Assembly: GCF_036365525.1 (NCBI RefSeq)
Contig: NC_090387.1
Location: 88,701,691-88,765,690 of the forward strand
Length of the DNA: 64,000 nucleotides
Direction of reading: 5' to 3'
Source of the DNA: Heterodontus francisci
Taxonomy: Eukaryota
The translations under genes were made by a program, and so were the position numbers. Below, piece by piece: positions 1-13,526 of the stretch (its first letter is position 1; every line of letters starts with the position of its first letter). The notes below the pieces were generated by a model that ran no database searches, had not been told where the DNA came from, and worked only from the letters and a program-made list of their open reading frames with translations.

Positions 1-14
1 TTAATCTGATTGAC

Positions 15-345
15 TTGGTATACTCACCAGCGACCAGAAATAAAGTATATAAACAGCTGCTCAGGGGGGAAATCTTGGGTCTTCTTCATATGGACAAGAG
101 CTTCTCAAGGTGGATCAATGCTGGCCCTGCCATGACTTTGGTCAGCTCAAGAAGTTTGAGGACCCCACGGACTGAAGAGACCATCAACACATCGGCCAAT
201 TCAAGGATGCAAATGGCAAAGAGAGGGAGAAGAAGACTTGGGAAACAGACAGGAGTCTGTCACTTCCAACTGCAGAGAATGGCTGCATTTGTTCATTTGT
301 TTTCCAGGATTGGTATACCATTCCCATCAGTCATTGGTTGGAAAT
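15..345 (+). mobile_element. Degenerate 3' end of an RTE-clade LINE ORF
   Basis: Translation has VYKQLLRGEI (cf. RTE LPKQLLYGEL), a basic AKRGRRR stretch and SRIG (cf. C-terminal SRIGLxSH); heavily decayed. Confidence 0.45.
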
Positions 346-479
346 TTCCTGTCCGTTGAATTTACGCATCATCATATTTGAACTGCTGCTTCTTAATACA
401 TATCACATTTAAACTGTTGATTCTTTAAAAAAAATCTTCTTTAAAATCATGTTCTGACCTCGACCCCCGTCTTTTGATA

Positions 480-3420
480 TCTGTGACCCCTGAACCTAAA
501 TCTTAAATGCCTTTCTGTGCCCACTTGAAGTCTATCAGGAACCGCCTCCCAGTTCACAATGCTTTCAAGTGCTGTGTCATCTTTAAATCTTGACATTCTG
601 ATGGGAAACCAAATATACTAAAATATTCCTCTCGTCCGAAAACGAACCTTTTTTACCACCATGTGGGTTTATGACACTCAGTCATCATTGTATCCACGTT
701 GCCCCTGTTCCATTTATTCTATGGACCTCAATTATATTGACAAGCCTATTAATGTGACACTTTAGCAAACGGCTTCTGAAGTTCATATACCCACCCTCTC
801 TGCTACCTCATCAAAACTAAATCAATAAACTTAGTTAAACACGATTTGTGTTTAATCTGTGCTGGATTTCCTTAATTGATCCACCTTTGTCCAACTGACT
901 ATTAATTTTGACGCTGATTATGCTTTATAGAAAAAACGTTCCCAGCATCGAGGTTAAACTAACTGGCCTGTTGAGTTTGGTGTTACCCTTACACTGTTGC
1001 AATTTCTGCACTAACTACTCAACATCCCCTGATGCCTCTTATCCGTTCCTGGTGACCTTCCATTTTTAAGTACAGCCACCCTTTCTAATACCTTCTCTGT
1101 CAAATTTAGCGCATCCAGAGTCCCATTACATCCCGATCCATAGTAACTTTGGCAGAAACTTCTACCTTGGTAAATACAGATGCAAAGTTTGGATTTAGTA
1201 CCTCAGTCATGTCCCTGCCTCGATACATAGAGCCCCTTTTGGATATCTAATTGGCACACACCTTTTAATATCGGTTTTCTAGTTGTATGACTGGAGAAGA
1301 TTTCCTTTTATCACAGTTGTCAGTGTCTTTTACATTCTTTTTTGCCTTTCTTGTTTCCTTTATCATGGCACTTCTAAACTTTCTATAGTCAGCATTGTTC
1401 TCAGCTATGTTATCAACCTGACGTTTGGCATACGCATTACTTTTGTTTGCATTGCTTCATCTTACTGTCTATCTCCTTCGTCTTCCAGGGAGCTCTGGCT
1501 TTGATTGCCCGACCTTTCCTCCTCGTGGAAGTGTATCTGAACTTTATCCAAACCTTTTCCTCTTCAAATGCAGCTCATTTTTCCTGCCCATCTTTTATTT
1601 GAGTTTACCAGGACTGACCCATTATCACGGAATCCATTAAAATTAAAGCTCTTGCAATCAAATATTTTCACTTTAGATTTTTTTTGTCTATTTCCATAGG
1701 TCATCTAAACTTTATATTAATATCACTGTTGCCTAAACTTTCCTCGATTGACTCTTGCTCAACTTGATCCAACTCATTCTGCAGAGCTCTATCCAGTTAT
1801 GCCTATGTCCTCGTTGAGCCAAATCAAGAAAATTCTCCTGACCGCACTTCCAAAACTTTTCTGTCTCACTGTCCTTTACACTAGTGATACCATATTTGTC
1901 TTAGGATACCTAAAGCCCCCTATATCATACAATATCGTTCTTGAACCTTTCTGTGCGCTGTAATGTTCTAATTCTAATTCTGTAATTTCCCTGAAAATCC
2001 CCCCCCCCCCGCTATATCTTTCCCATTAACTTGTGGCCTATGTAATAAACATAGTCGTCTAATGGCACCTCTATTATTTCTTAGCTGTAATCAAATATAT
2101 TCTGCTCTTGACCACTCCAGGACTCTTCACCCCGCCAAGCTGCATTATTCTTTTAATCAATACTTTCACCCATTCAACTTTATTTTGTTCCCTATCTTTC
2201 CTGACCCTCTTGTATCTAGGGACATTTATTATCCAGTCCTGCGACTTCTTTGAGCCAGATCTCTATTATTGCCAAGATATCATGCTCCCATATGCATTTG
2301 TGCATGCGGCTTACCACTTTTTATATTACCACGGCATGGAGTTAAATGCATGCCCTGTAAACCTGAATTCGACCTTCCTGCATTTCCTCTTAGTCTGACC
2401 ACACCTAATACCGTACTACCTCTGTCTCTAGTACGATCTGTTTCTCCCACTCCTTTGTACACTTTGTTTATCGTTTTTAATCCAACATGCTGGTTCCTGT
2501 GTCCCTGCTAAGTTACTTTAAACCCGCCTGAACAGCAACAGCAAACCATCCCACCAGGACATTGGTTCCAGCTATATTGTTGTCAAACCCATCTTGTCTG
2601 TACAGGTGGAACCTACAGCGGGCCTGGTCCCAAAATCACTGGAATCTAATTTTATTCCTTCAGCACCAGCTCTCCAGTCATGAAGTCATCTCTATCTTTT
2701 TATTTTTTATGATCATTTGCCCGTGACACCTGGTGTAATGCAGACAATAATATATTTGTGCTATTTCTTGCTGATCATTTTCGTAGCGACCGGATATCAT
2801 CTCGTCGTTTTCTCCTTCTGTCACTGGTACAAACATAGACAACGATCACCGGCCATTCACTGTTTTCCTCTGAGTGCTCAGCAGCCGCTCAGAACCATCC
2901 TTGATCCTGACACTCGAGAGGCAGCATACCATCCTGGATTCACGTTTGTGGCCGGAGAAACACGTATCTGTCCCCCTAATTATATAGTCTCCTATTGCTT
3001 ACCCATTCTTACTCGTGCCCATTCCAATGCTACTCACCACCACACCCCCCACCCCCCATCCCCCCACACACACCACCGCGACCACACACACACACACAAC
3101 TGAGCACCCATGGTGCTGTGGACCTGACTCTGAATGCACTTCCAAGATGAACCATCGCTCTCGCCAGTATTGAGAATTGAATGCCAGTTGGAGAGTGAAA
3201 GCCACCCAGCGGACTCCTGCATTACCTGCCTGGTCCTCTATCTGGCGTTTACCCATAATCTCTATGCCTACACGCCTTTAAGTTATGGTGTGACAACTAC
3301 CAGAAAAAAATGATATGCATGTCGTACTCAGCCTCACGGATACACCACAATAACGCAAAGTGCTTCTCCAGCTCTGAAGCCGGAGTTCGAGCTCCTCGAC
3401 TGAAGACTGGGAAAGGAATT
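480..3420 (-). mobile_element. Old decayed CR1/HER1-type LINE (ORF2 fragments plus ORF1 esterase region)
   Basis: 2915-3000 is the reverse-complement homolog of the ORF1 GDSIVRGTDRRFCG..SRMVCCLPG segment of the CR1 at 52120-52215. 790-1210 matches CR1 RT-region sequence. Many stops. Confidence 0.7.
3036..3098. repeat. CA/CAC-rich simple repeat
   Basis: caccaccacacccccc...cacacacacacacaca seen directly. Confidence 0.8.
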
Positions 3421-3924
3421 AGCTCCTATTTAATATTTCATTGACCAGAGCCTTTGTGTTCACTGACTGGAACAGATTCACCCCAGTGACTTATTTTAAT
3501 CCCTCTACTACCTGAGGCTGAACCAGACCGTTTGCAAACATCGTTCACCATTTGAGTTCAGCTGAGGTGCCCGCCCCGAAATCCATTCCATCATCAGAAC
3601 TGCCTACAACGGCTTCGGCAGCATTGACGGTCGTTACCTTTGACTCAACAGGTCTATGGCTGAAATCTTCATTCATATTACTGTTATCTTAGGACAGAAT
3701 GTTCCAAAGCCCTCCTAACGTCGAGCTTCCATAAACCTGTGCTAAACCATAACTCTTCTGCTCATATGCGAACCTGCACCAAGTTCCTAACATTTACCAA
3801 TTCTGGGTTCTGATAAAAGTCCTGATATTGTGTACACAGTGGTCCTTCGTTTATGGCCTCTTGCGAATTCTCGATTGCCTGTGTTGCACCATTGGCAGTC
3901 GTACAAATAGCTACATATGGTCTA

Positions 3925-4720
3925 AGCTCTAGAATTACCTCCTTCAACTTCTCCACCTGTCTATCTCTCTCTGCTCCAATGAGACGTTCCTCAAAACCTA
4001 CCTCTTTGGCTTACATTTTCCCTAATATTTTCTCATTCGACTCAATCCGAAATTGTTTTTTCAGAACGCTGCAGTGAAGCCTCATTCCATTTTGAAAGTT
4101 TGTGTTAAATCTTCTTCCAGCAAATTCTATCACAGTTCCTGGCAGTACACTTCTGAATGCAACTCTGTGAAGGAAATTAATTGCTCCTATATTGCTTCAG
4201 GTTGTTTTGCCTATTACCTCAAGTCAGTATCCTTCGTTTACCAACAATTCTAGCACTGGAAATACTTGTTCCGTCATTACTCTGTCAAAGATCTTCATGA
4301 TTTTGAACACATCTATTAAATTAGTCCACATAACCTAATGTTCTATGACTGCAGTAGTAACTTCCATACTCCCTCTAAGGCCTTGAAATCCGTTATAATG
4401 CTTACTGCTCATAATTGATCTGAATGTGGCAGCTGAGACCGAATCCGTCATTTATAATGGTTTAATGTAATATCGCTGATTATGTGATCTACTGCTCTAT
4501 TAAAAAAGCCAAGTATACCGTATTCCTTTTTACTGTCTTCGTAACATGCCCTGCCACCATCAAAAAATGTATGTACATACACTGCCAGGTTTCTTTGCTG
4601 CTGCCAGCTATTAAACATTTTAGCATTTATTTCGTAATGCGGCTCCTAATTCTTCCTGACAAAAAATTATGCTTCTCTTCATGAAAATTCATTTGTCATG
4701 TGACGCCCGTTTCTATGTCC
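3925..4720. mobile_element. Decayed LINE 3' fragments (L2-like tail on +, CR1 tail on -)
   Basis: ctctagaattacctcc...cctcaaaacctacctctttg resembles an L2 3' end (WNSLP..FK..LKT.LF). 4110-4720 resembles a reverse CR1 3' region. Confidence 0.4.
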
Positions 4721-4727
4721 TCTGAAT

Positions 4728-4812
4728 TAAAAGCAAAATGCCGTAGATGCTGGAAATCTGAAATAGAAACATAAATTTCTGAAAATAGTCAGTCGGTCTG
4801 ACAGTCTCTGTG
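4728..4812 (-). mobile_element. Partial Penelope-terminus short repeat
   Basis: aaaagcaaaatgccgtagatgctggaaatctgaaatagaaac... matches the copy at 5991-6085. Confidence 0.7.
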
Positions 4813-5279
4813 GCAATGGATACTTGCCATGGCTCCATCCAAGTGACCATTAATAGGTTATTGGGCAAGGAAAGACGAGATTCCAGTGCCAAGATCGATA
4901 TGGTGGATGTCTGAAGAGGTCATGATTGATCGCTACTCCTCAGCTAACGAGGAATATGTGAAGGAGCATAACGAGCAGCAACAGTGAAGATAGTCACAGA
5001 CAAGAGATAGTCTCCTACTTATCCATTTCCAGCCACCATGATAACCTTTCAGATATACTCAAAAGCATTCAGTCTGTTGCCTCCTTTTTATTTAATCTTG
5101 GTGCTTAGTGTCCGCCTTAATGACGTCCTCTGGCCCATTTGAGCCACTAACCAAGGGAGGTCTGTACTTACACTCGCAGCCCACTAAGGGGGAAGGGTGA
5201 AATCAGCATCTCACAATGAGGGCATGAAAGCATATCCATTTTCTACAATGAACGTTACTTCAATAACGAAGAAAAGCGC

Positions 5280-6700
5280 TTTATAACTCTAAGCAAATAA
5301 ACAGATGCCAAATATCCCAAGTATGCTTAGATGTTTTCTTCGGATGTTTTCGACTGCTTCTACATTGTGTGGACCCTGCATTAACAGCTGGCTTGAAGAC
5401 CGGCTGCTGACCATGCTATCCCTTAGCCTGTGATGACTTCGACGGGCATCCTCTGGCTGCCAGAGGCCTGGAGGGCCCAAGATGCCTGACGGTTTCCTGC
5501 ACAGGTGCTGGTCTCTCCTTATGTATCGTGGTTAGTGGACCTGGCCTCACTGGTGCAGAGGCTGAGGATCTGTTCTCCACACTTATAGCGCCCTGAGGGG
5601 AGCCTCAGATGTGGAAGTCAGCCTCTCCTCCTCCCTTTCAAGCTCACTTGTATTTCCCTGCTGACCAGAGAAGGAAGTTTTGCTCAAGAACAATCCAAGT
5701 TCCTGCTTCTTATGTCGCATTACCACTGCAACATTGAGCTCTTGGTCATGGCGATGGTGTGCAGGTCTGCACGCATCTGTGATCGGGCTTTACATGAGCA
5801 TTATTAACCTCTTGATAGAGGAAGCTTTGTACTCACATGCCTTAGACATGGCAACGCTTACGTCCCACCGTCCACTATTGAGCAGCCACCATGGGTTACC
5901 GCTAACTCTAGTGTTTCATTCTCAGCTGCTGTGAGAGACCATATGTCTGTAATTATTCGGCCTGTCCGTGAGGTCTCCCTGCTCTTATATAAAAGCAAAA
6001 TACTGTGGATGCTGGAAATCTGAAATAAAAACAAGAAATGCTGGAACCACTCAGCAGGTCTGGCAGCATCTGTGGAAAGAGAAGCAGAGTTAACGTTTCG
6101 GGCCAGTGACCCTTCTTCGGACGGGTCCCTGCTCTTATAGGTCCGCTTGTCTTGCAAGTAAAAAGAGGGAAATGGCGATACGCAATCCCTTATCCCCTGC
6201 TGGGATTTCCTATATAGTTCATCCTCACAACAGCTCTCAGGGGATGTGAGGTTGGCGATCTTCGTAAGATAGTTGTCTGTTGCTAAGATGCAGCGATGCA
6301 TCTGGCAGGATGTGGTGACGCCTAACTCTGTTTTTCAGCGTCTTTGTGCTTCATTCTTCCCCATGTGGCACTACCTCCCGTCTAGCCATATGTAACCACT
6401 AAAAGCAAAGTGATATGGAGCACTGACCTTGGCAGACCGAAGGAGGTAACTGGAAGTTTTCTTGCACTACACCCATTTTTGGGATGACCTCACGGCACTT
6501 CACCACCTCTGCAATCTCCACCCAGGCTTAATTGGTCAGGCAGGAGGACCTCGCCTTGCCATGCCTAGGGAAGAGAATCTCCTCCCTTTCCATTGCAGCC
6601 TGGAGAATAGTTGTAAGGTTGCAATTGCTAAATCGTGGGGCCACCCAGTATCTTGCCACTGCCATACTGCGGAGTCCTTGTTGGATGCTGGATTTCCATG
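5280..6700 (-). mobile_element. PIF/Harbinger DNA transposon remnant (Myb/SANT-like DNA-binding gene, pseudogenised)
   Basis: Minus strand 6608->6428 reads ILQAAMEREEILFPRHGKARSSCLTN*AWVEIAEVVK.../KWV*CKKTSSYLLRSAK then a gtcagt donor. This is the Myb/SANT-like pattern (LF...AW.EIA..V....W.QC.K...L) of Harbinger accessory proteins. Left boundary uncertain. Confidence 0.65.
5990..6125 (-). mobile_element. Penelope-terminus short insertion with hammerhead-like motif
   Basis: Flanked by 14-bp direct repeat tccctgctcttata (5976-5989 and 6126-6139). Minus strand reads ccgaaga-a-gggtcactggccc-gaaac-gtt-aact. Confidence 0.85.
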
Positions 6701-7294
6701 AAACACTCCAACATCAGTTTCACGAGTAAACAACAAATGACTCAAAGGCTGCAATGAAAGCAAGGCTAGCAGGTCTATAAATATGATGCTAGAACCGGCT
6801 CTGGAGTCATCTGATGTGCACCAGGCACCGAAAATGCCACTCCGGTCGTGTAATTGGACGTGACTGGTACCTCCATTGTTATAAGTGATTGCCTCACACA
6901 TGATGAGTGGTAAAGGTGGCCACTTTGTGTCCACTGCCGGAAGTCATGACAGGAACAATAAATCCAGCCATTGTCTCTAAAAGTTCCCCAGCACCAATAT
7001 TCTGCTGACTGGTTTGTAATTGCCTGGCCTGCATCCTTCCCACTTTGTGAACAATTATAAGACATTTGCAATCGAACGGTATTGCTAGCTGAAAGGCGCT
7101 AAATAATTGTACATTGCAATTGTTGTCACATATAATGAGAAATACAACACTTACTTATCTCTTTTGCTTTATTTTTTCTACATTGTGTCGATGCCTTCTG
7201 GGAGATACCCTCTAACTTTCTTTAAAAAGAAATAGTAAACGGTATCAGGCTCTTTGAAATGTTAGATTAGAAGAACGATGGAGTGTTGAATTTG

Positions 7295-8420
7295 AAAATA
7301 TAGGAATAGGAGTAGGAGATTCAACCTTTCCAGTCTGCTCTTCATTTAACTGGAAAATGGTTGATCTATGATCAACTCTGTGCAGTTGTATTTTTCCCCA
7401 TAAGCATGATTCACAGGCCGAATAAATACTTATACCATACCTCTGAATTACATTTCAGCCAGCATACATTGCATTTTTGAGAGACTAAGGTCAAGGGAAA
7501 ATCATTGTTCCTAAACGTTGTGTGAACCAATGCTTTCTAATTTCACTCATAACTGGGCTGGCTCTAAAATTAATATTAAATTTGGCGTTTCTAGTTTGCA
7601 TAAGGTGGGAGGTATTATCTCTCTACCTACCTTATGTAATTATTTATCAGTGGAACCAGCTTGGCCACATCACCCCACCACTTTCTGAACTCTAGAGAAC
7701 ACAGAGAAAACTGTCGTCGGAATGCAAATCTTCAAGTTTCATATCATTCTGGTGAATGCACCTCTTCGCCCTTTATCCCCAATACTCCAACGATCTCTAC
7801 TGATGTACAGTGCCCAAAATTAAATGCAAGACACCAGAAGTGTTCCGAACAAGATTTTATACGACCTATGAATCACTTCCATTATCCAGGCCAAAATCCC
7901 ACTCGACATTTTGATTAAGTTTTCACGAGTTTTTAATGATTTAGAAACGTATACATCTAAATTTCACTGGATCTTCACAGCTGTCTAGTCTTTCATCATT
8001 AAGAAAGTGTTCAGATTATCCCTTCTTGAATGCCAAATGGATGACCTGGCCCTTCCCCACGTTGTACTCCTGCCGCCCTTTTTTTGCCAAATCATTTAGT
8101 TTAAGCATGCCCGTTATTAATTTCCTGTTCCCATCTATAAGACAAACTATGCCTGCGTCTATCATGCCAACTGCAAGTTTGAATTAATATTTATCTGTTT
8201 GTTTACCAATTATTTATCCATATTATGAAAAGCCAAGGACCGAATAGGTTTCCATGGAGGACTGCATGTTACATTCCGCCAATCAGCGAATGTGTCCTTT
8301 ATTGCATTCCTCTGTGTCCACCCTCCCAATAAATTACCAACTCATGTAATAACTTTTCCTGCAATTCCATATACGTTTGGCTTTGCTAATATTTTCTTCA
8401 GCTGAATCTTTACACATGAG
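7295..8420 (-). mobile_element. Very old CR1 3' portion
   Basis: Begins taggaataggagtagg..., like the other reverse CR1 tails (10535, 47990); degenerate RT sequence follows. Confidence 0.55.
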
Positions 8421-9049
8421 AATGTTAAAATAATAAAACATATTCAGACATGAAAATCTGAAAAATTGTCAATGTATTCGATATTATACGCAGCATGTAT
8501 ACCTTAACAGATTAAAAGTCGTCCCTATGAAATCAAATATTTCCCAATTTTACTGCTAATCCATCTGAAGCATTGCAAAACAAGACAGGTAATGAGGCAT
8601 TTATCTGATCCATATTTGTGGTAATTGGCGAGCTGATGGCTCTTCAGTGCTGCTTAATATGAAGAAGTCATCCAAAAATGTACCACTCCCAGTGGACTTG
8701 GTTTTACCTTTCACGATGCTAATTTTATTTTGGCATCAGTAGTTCTGGTTCTCCAGCCTCCAGCAAAAATAATATCCTCAAACAAGCAAAGCTGCCAATC
8801 CTACTGAAGAACTATCATAGACACAAAATAGGATGGGAAATCACTGATTATCCTTGTTTTTAAAAAATATATTCTAACAGTGAGCAAAATAAAGATTGAG
8901 ACAAACAAGTGGCATTGCGTTGAAGCTGCCATCTTATGCCTAAGATTTAACACGAAATAATTTTGTTATATTAAAATTGGGGGAGTTTTTTATATCGTCC
9001 CAGAGTAATTTGAGTTTATCAAAGCCAGAGAGGTTGTTCAGCAGTAATT

Positions 9050-9520
9050 ATTACTCAGTAAGCCGTTAAACCCCAGTTACACTTGTTCCACCAAGGAAGC
9101 TTTATACATTGATAGAAATAATGGGGGAAAAGTTGTAACTCAGGGAAAATTAATAGATTTTTAAGATTTCTAGCTGCAGGATACTCAATATGGCAGCCTA
9201 TAGAGGAATAGAGGATCACTGACAGGAAGCTCTGGATTTCCACGTTTAATGGCACAAATGTGGAAGTTTCTGTCAACTTCACAGTTATAATACTGGCAAA
9301 TGCCAGTGGTTTTGCGTCCATTGCCACCACAAATTCTGGTCCATTATGCCCGTTTCGAGTCTGCAATGAGAATTAAATATTTATTGTCCTGGAGTTTGCA
9401 ATTGTAATGGTGGACGGATCGTCAGCATTCACCATGATTACTGCGTAAAACTGATAACTTTTGGGGTGTGTACGTGTACTGTTGAACATGGAAATCATGC
9501 AGTGACTATCAGAGATACAC
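9050..9520. repeat. Ancient MITE-like dispersed repeat, two termini in opposite orientation
   Basis: 9270-9342 and 9388-9455 are loosely reverse-complementary; a related terminus occurs at 16620-16750. Confidence 0.35.
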
Positions 9521-9965
9521 TGCTCCTCCACAAAATGCCCTGTTACATGAAATATTGAGGAAATAACCGCAATGATCGAACTATAGACGTGAAAATGGGA
9601 AAATTGCTCACTTGCCCTGCTTTAAAAAAGGAGAGAAATGCGTCTTGGGAGACGCAAAGAACTTTTCTTTCCTGCCATTTAAATGTTTTCATATTTAATG
9701 AAGCCAGCCTGTAGCCAGAATGAGTTTTTTGCTGTATCTGCAAGAAACTTAGAAAAAACCTCCTGTTAAACACAGGTAGATTATCTGTTCATTCTGTTCG
9801 CATTTATGTATTTTATTATGTTTATTCCAAAATCATACGATTGTTTTTTTTTCAAAATTGTTTCACGTTTATTTCAAATCTTAAATTATTTTCACAGTGA
9901 TGTGACATTTGTCCCCGAACCTCTTAATGAGGAAGCATGTGAATAATAAATAAGAAAAATGCCTA

Positions 9966-10420
9966 ATAAAACCAGAGAGTACTGGAAATACTCAGCAAAT
10001 CAAGCATCATCTGTAGAGGGAGATAAAGAGTTGACGTCTCAGGTTGATGACCTTTCATCAGATCTGTGGAAAAGTAAGACATGTGATTGCTTTTAAGTAA
10101 ATGAAAAGGTTAACATAACAAAGCAAAACTAAGGGTAGGTCTACGATGGGGTGGAAAACAAGAGAGCTTAAATGACAAAAAGGTTTGGTGGTTCAAGGCC
10201 AAATGAATTTGTAACAGGACAACAAAAGACACAAAAGATGTGTCTGGAGGAAGTGCGAATGGCAAAATGATGAACAGCTGCCTCCCAAAAACAGAAACAA
10301 GAGAAAAAACGAAACTTTCAAAGGAAAAGCAAACAAATTGGGGACAGAGGTAACTATCTGAAATGCTGAACTCAATGTTGAGTCTTGAAGGCTGTAAACT
10401 GTCTGATTGAAACATTAACT
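9966..10420 (-). mobile_element. Penelope-like element 3' end (end of GIY-YIG endonuclease domain, UTR, hammerhead-bearing terminus)
   Basis: Minus ORF begins ERQLMFQSDSLQPSRLNIEF (cf. Penelope E..LIF.LGTLQP.GLNIEF). It is contiguous with the short repeat family, including ctgatga-a-aggtcatcaacct-gagac-gtc at 10060->10032. Confidence 0.7.
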
Positions 10421-10513
10421 GTCGTTCCACCACCTCTTACATTCATGCAACCGATGTTGTGTGCATTTTGCATGATGGATTTCTGATGCAAGGAATAAAG
10501 AAAAGAATCTGAC

Positions 10514-10893
10514 ACATAGAAACATGAAAACATAGAAAATAGGAGCAGGATAGGCAATTCAGCCTTTCGAGGCTACACTGCAATTCAATGCGATCATGAC
10601 TGATCATACAAACTCTGTACCCTGTTCCTGCTTTCCCCCGTATCTCTTGATTCCTTCAGCCCTAAGAACTAGATCTAACTCTTTCATGAATATAGTTAAT
10701 GATTTGGCCTCAACTGCTTTCTATGGTAGAGAATTCCACAGGTTCACCACTCTCTGGGTGAAGAATTCCCTCTTCACCTCGGCCCTTGTTGGCTTACCCC
10801 TTAACCTTCGTTTGTGACCCCTGGCCCTGGGCTGCCCCACCTTCGGGGACATCCTTTCTGCACCTAGTCTGTCCAGTTCTGTTAGAATTTTGT
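10514..10893 (-). mobile_element. CR1 LINE 3' end
   Basis: (CATAGAAA)n-type tail at 10514-10538; translation REFFTQRVVNLWNSLP. Confidence 0.9.
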
Positions 10894-10894
10894 A

Positions 10895-13111
10895 GGTTGG
10901 GCGCTGGTAAGATTTCAGGTTAGAGTCAATCAGAAGGTTTAAGAGCAAGGATAAGGCAAAAGTGCACCGGTAATATGGGTAATGATAACCAGAGTGTGCC
11001 AGGAAGGGACAAAGCATACAAATATACGAGTGCACCAGCAAATATGGTCATAGTATGGAAAAATTGTAAAAATAAAGAATTACAGGTCCTTTATCTGAAT
11101 GCACATAGCAGTCAAAACAAGATGGGTGAATGGATTTCAGAAATAAAAATACATAGTTATGATTTAATAGCCATTATGGGGACATGATTTAACGTGACTG
11201 AGGCTGGAAACTGAATATTCAAGGCAAATTAACGTTTCAAAAGCATAGCAAGAAAGAAAAAAATGAGCTGTGGCAGCTCTGTTAATAAAGGATGAGATCA
11301 GTACGGTGTTGAGAAATGATTAGGAAGATCAGGATGTAGAATCAATTTGGGTGACGATAAGAAACAGCAGGTGAAAGAATTCAGTGGTGGGAATAGTTTA
11401 AAGGCCGTCTAACATTAGCTACACTGTAGCACAGAGTATAAATCAAGAACTGATGGGAGCGTGAGAAAGAGGGATAATACGAGAAGGAGGAACAATTCGT
11501 AGCTAAGTAAGAAAGTTAAGGCTGGTAACAAATTGAAAGAAAATGCGTACAATTCTCTGAAGAAGAAGGGGAAATGTAAGAACCAGTAAAGAATGCCTAA
11601 ATAAAATAAAGGGAGAGAATTGCAATATGAGAGTTAACTAAGAAAGAATATATAAACGGAAAATAAGAGCTTCAACAAGTACATATGGAGAAACAGTGTA
11701 TCTAAAGTAAACATTAATCCCTCAGTTGATGAGACTGGAGAATTAATGGAAAACAAGGAAATGGTGGAGACATTGAAGAGTTACTTTGCATCTGTCTTCG
11801 GTAGAAGACACTAAAAACATCCCAAATATCGTAAAACATCAAGGGGCAAAGGTGAGTGAGGAACTTGAAACAATCATTATTACTAGAGCACAAGAATTAT
11901 GAAAAGAAATGGGACAAAAGGCTAGCAGGTCCCCTGGACCTGATGGCCTGGAAGCTGGGATGGAGGATTGGCGAGTTAACAGAAAAAACGAAGGCAGGAT
12001 AAATGGGTCACTTACACAGGTTGGCAAACTGTAACTAGTGGGGTGCCACAGGAATCACTGCTGGAGCCTCAAATACTCACAATCTAAATTAAAAACTTGG
12101 ATGAAGGGACCCGAGTTTGTTGTCGTCAAATTTGGTGATAATACAAAGATAGGTGGGAAAGAAAGTTGTGAGGAGTCATAAAGAGTCCGAAAACGAATAT
12201 AGATAGGTTAAGTGAGTGGGCAAAAACTTGGCAGGTGCAGTATAATGTGGGGAAATCTCAGGCTATACACTTTGGTGGAAAGTATAGAAAAACAAAATAT
12301 TATTTAACTGGTGAAGGTCAACAGAATGCTACGGTACAGAGGGATCTTGGTGCCCGCGTACAATCAATCGCAGAGCGCTGGCATGCAGGTACAGGATATA
12401 ATCGCAAAACAAATGGAATTAGACCTTATTGCCAGAAGGATGGCTTATAAAAGTAGGGAAATGTTGGTACAGCCGCACAAAGCATTGTTGAGAGCACAAA
12501 TCGGTACTGTGTACAGCTTGGTCTCTTTATTTAAGCAGCGATATACTTGCATTGGAGGCTGTTCAGAGGAGATTCACTAGCCTGATTTCTGAAATGAAGC
12601 CGTTGTCATATGAGGAGCGGTTGCGAACGTTGGGATTATACTCATTGGAGATTCGAAGAATGAGAGTTGATCTTATTGAAACATGTATATTTCGGAAGGG
12701 GCTTGACAGTGTTGTTTCTTCTCCTGAGAGACTCCTGACATAGAGGGCCTAGTTTCAGGTGAAGGGCTGTCTCCCATTTAAGATGCAAATGAGGAGAACT
12801 TTCTTCTTTCAGAGGGTCGTTCATCTTTGGAATTATCTACCACAGGAGGCAGTGGAGACTGGAAATTGAATATATTCAAGGCTGAGATGAGAACATTTTT
12901 GGAGTTATAATTGAGTCAAAGGTTAGGTGGGGCCGGGGGGGCGGGCGTTTGGAGGTTGGTGGGGGGGGGGAGGGGGGTTCTTGGGGCAAGGCAATTAAGT
13001 GGAGTTGAGGCCACGATTAGATCAACCATGGTCTTAGTGAATGATGGAACAGGCTCGAGGAGTCAAATGGCCTATCCCTGATTGTAGTCCTTATGCTCTT
13101 ACGTTCTTATG
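10895..13111 (+). mobile_element. Decayed, internally deleted CR1 LINE ORF2
   Basis: LYLNAHS..NK (APE N-terminus), QYNVGK..IHFG, EAVQRRFT.LI..MK.LSYEERL..LGLYSLE; tail ttatgctcttacgttcttatg. Confidence 0.9.
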
Positions 13112-13312
13112 CTAATAGTTCAGTAAGGCTTAGATACAGTCAATGAACCTGTCTGGCAATAAAGATGAACATTCACAATTGTTTTTTCCCCTGTATTCTT
13201 TCAAATTCTAGTTACTGTTGGAGTTCGACAATAAATAGTTTTCTTTTTACATTCTGTCTCTGTTCTTTCTCTTATTTTCCATTGTCCTTGTTTTTCTTTA
13301 TTTTACGTTCAG

Positions 13313-13526
13313 TACATGATCTGATATTGTCCCGGATTTTGAGGACAGCAGTGAAGCGGCGACATGTGGCACTGACCGTGCTGACAAATGTGAACACATC
13401 TGTTTCAGCAGCTGCAGTGATAATTTTAACTTCTTGCTGCACCATGGTCCACCAACGAAGCGATCTACAAGACCTCACAACCAGCTGAGGGCATGCCCCC
13501 TGAGGTCAATCTTATCTCAAAGACAG
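13313..13526 (+). other. Candidate non-coding exon
   Basis: Long pyrimidine tract ending ttttacgttcAG (13311-13312) and consensus donor CAG|GTGAGT (13527). All three frames contain a stop. Confidence 0.3.

Noticed and set aside
3547-3600. Minus-strand DFGAGTSAELKW, resembling a J-segment FGxGT motif
   Set aside because: No heptamer/nonamer recombination signal upstream, no LxV ending, and an in-frame stop instead of a splice donor.
12920-12990. G-rich tracts (also 19345-19370, 29315-29345, 30015-30075, 56040-56105) with G-quadruplex potential
   Set aside because: All lie inside repeat elements as homopolymer expansions; no link to a gene is visible.
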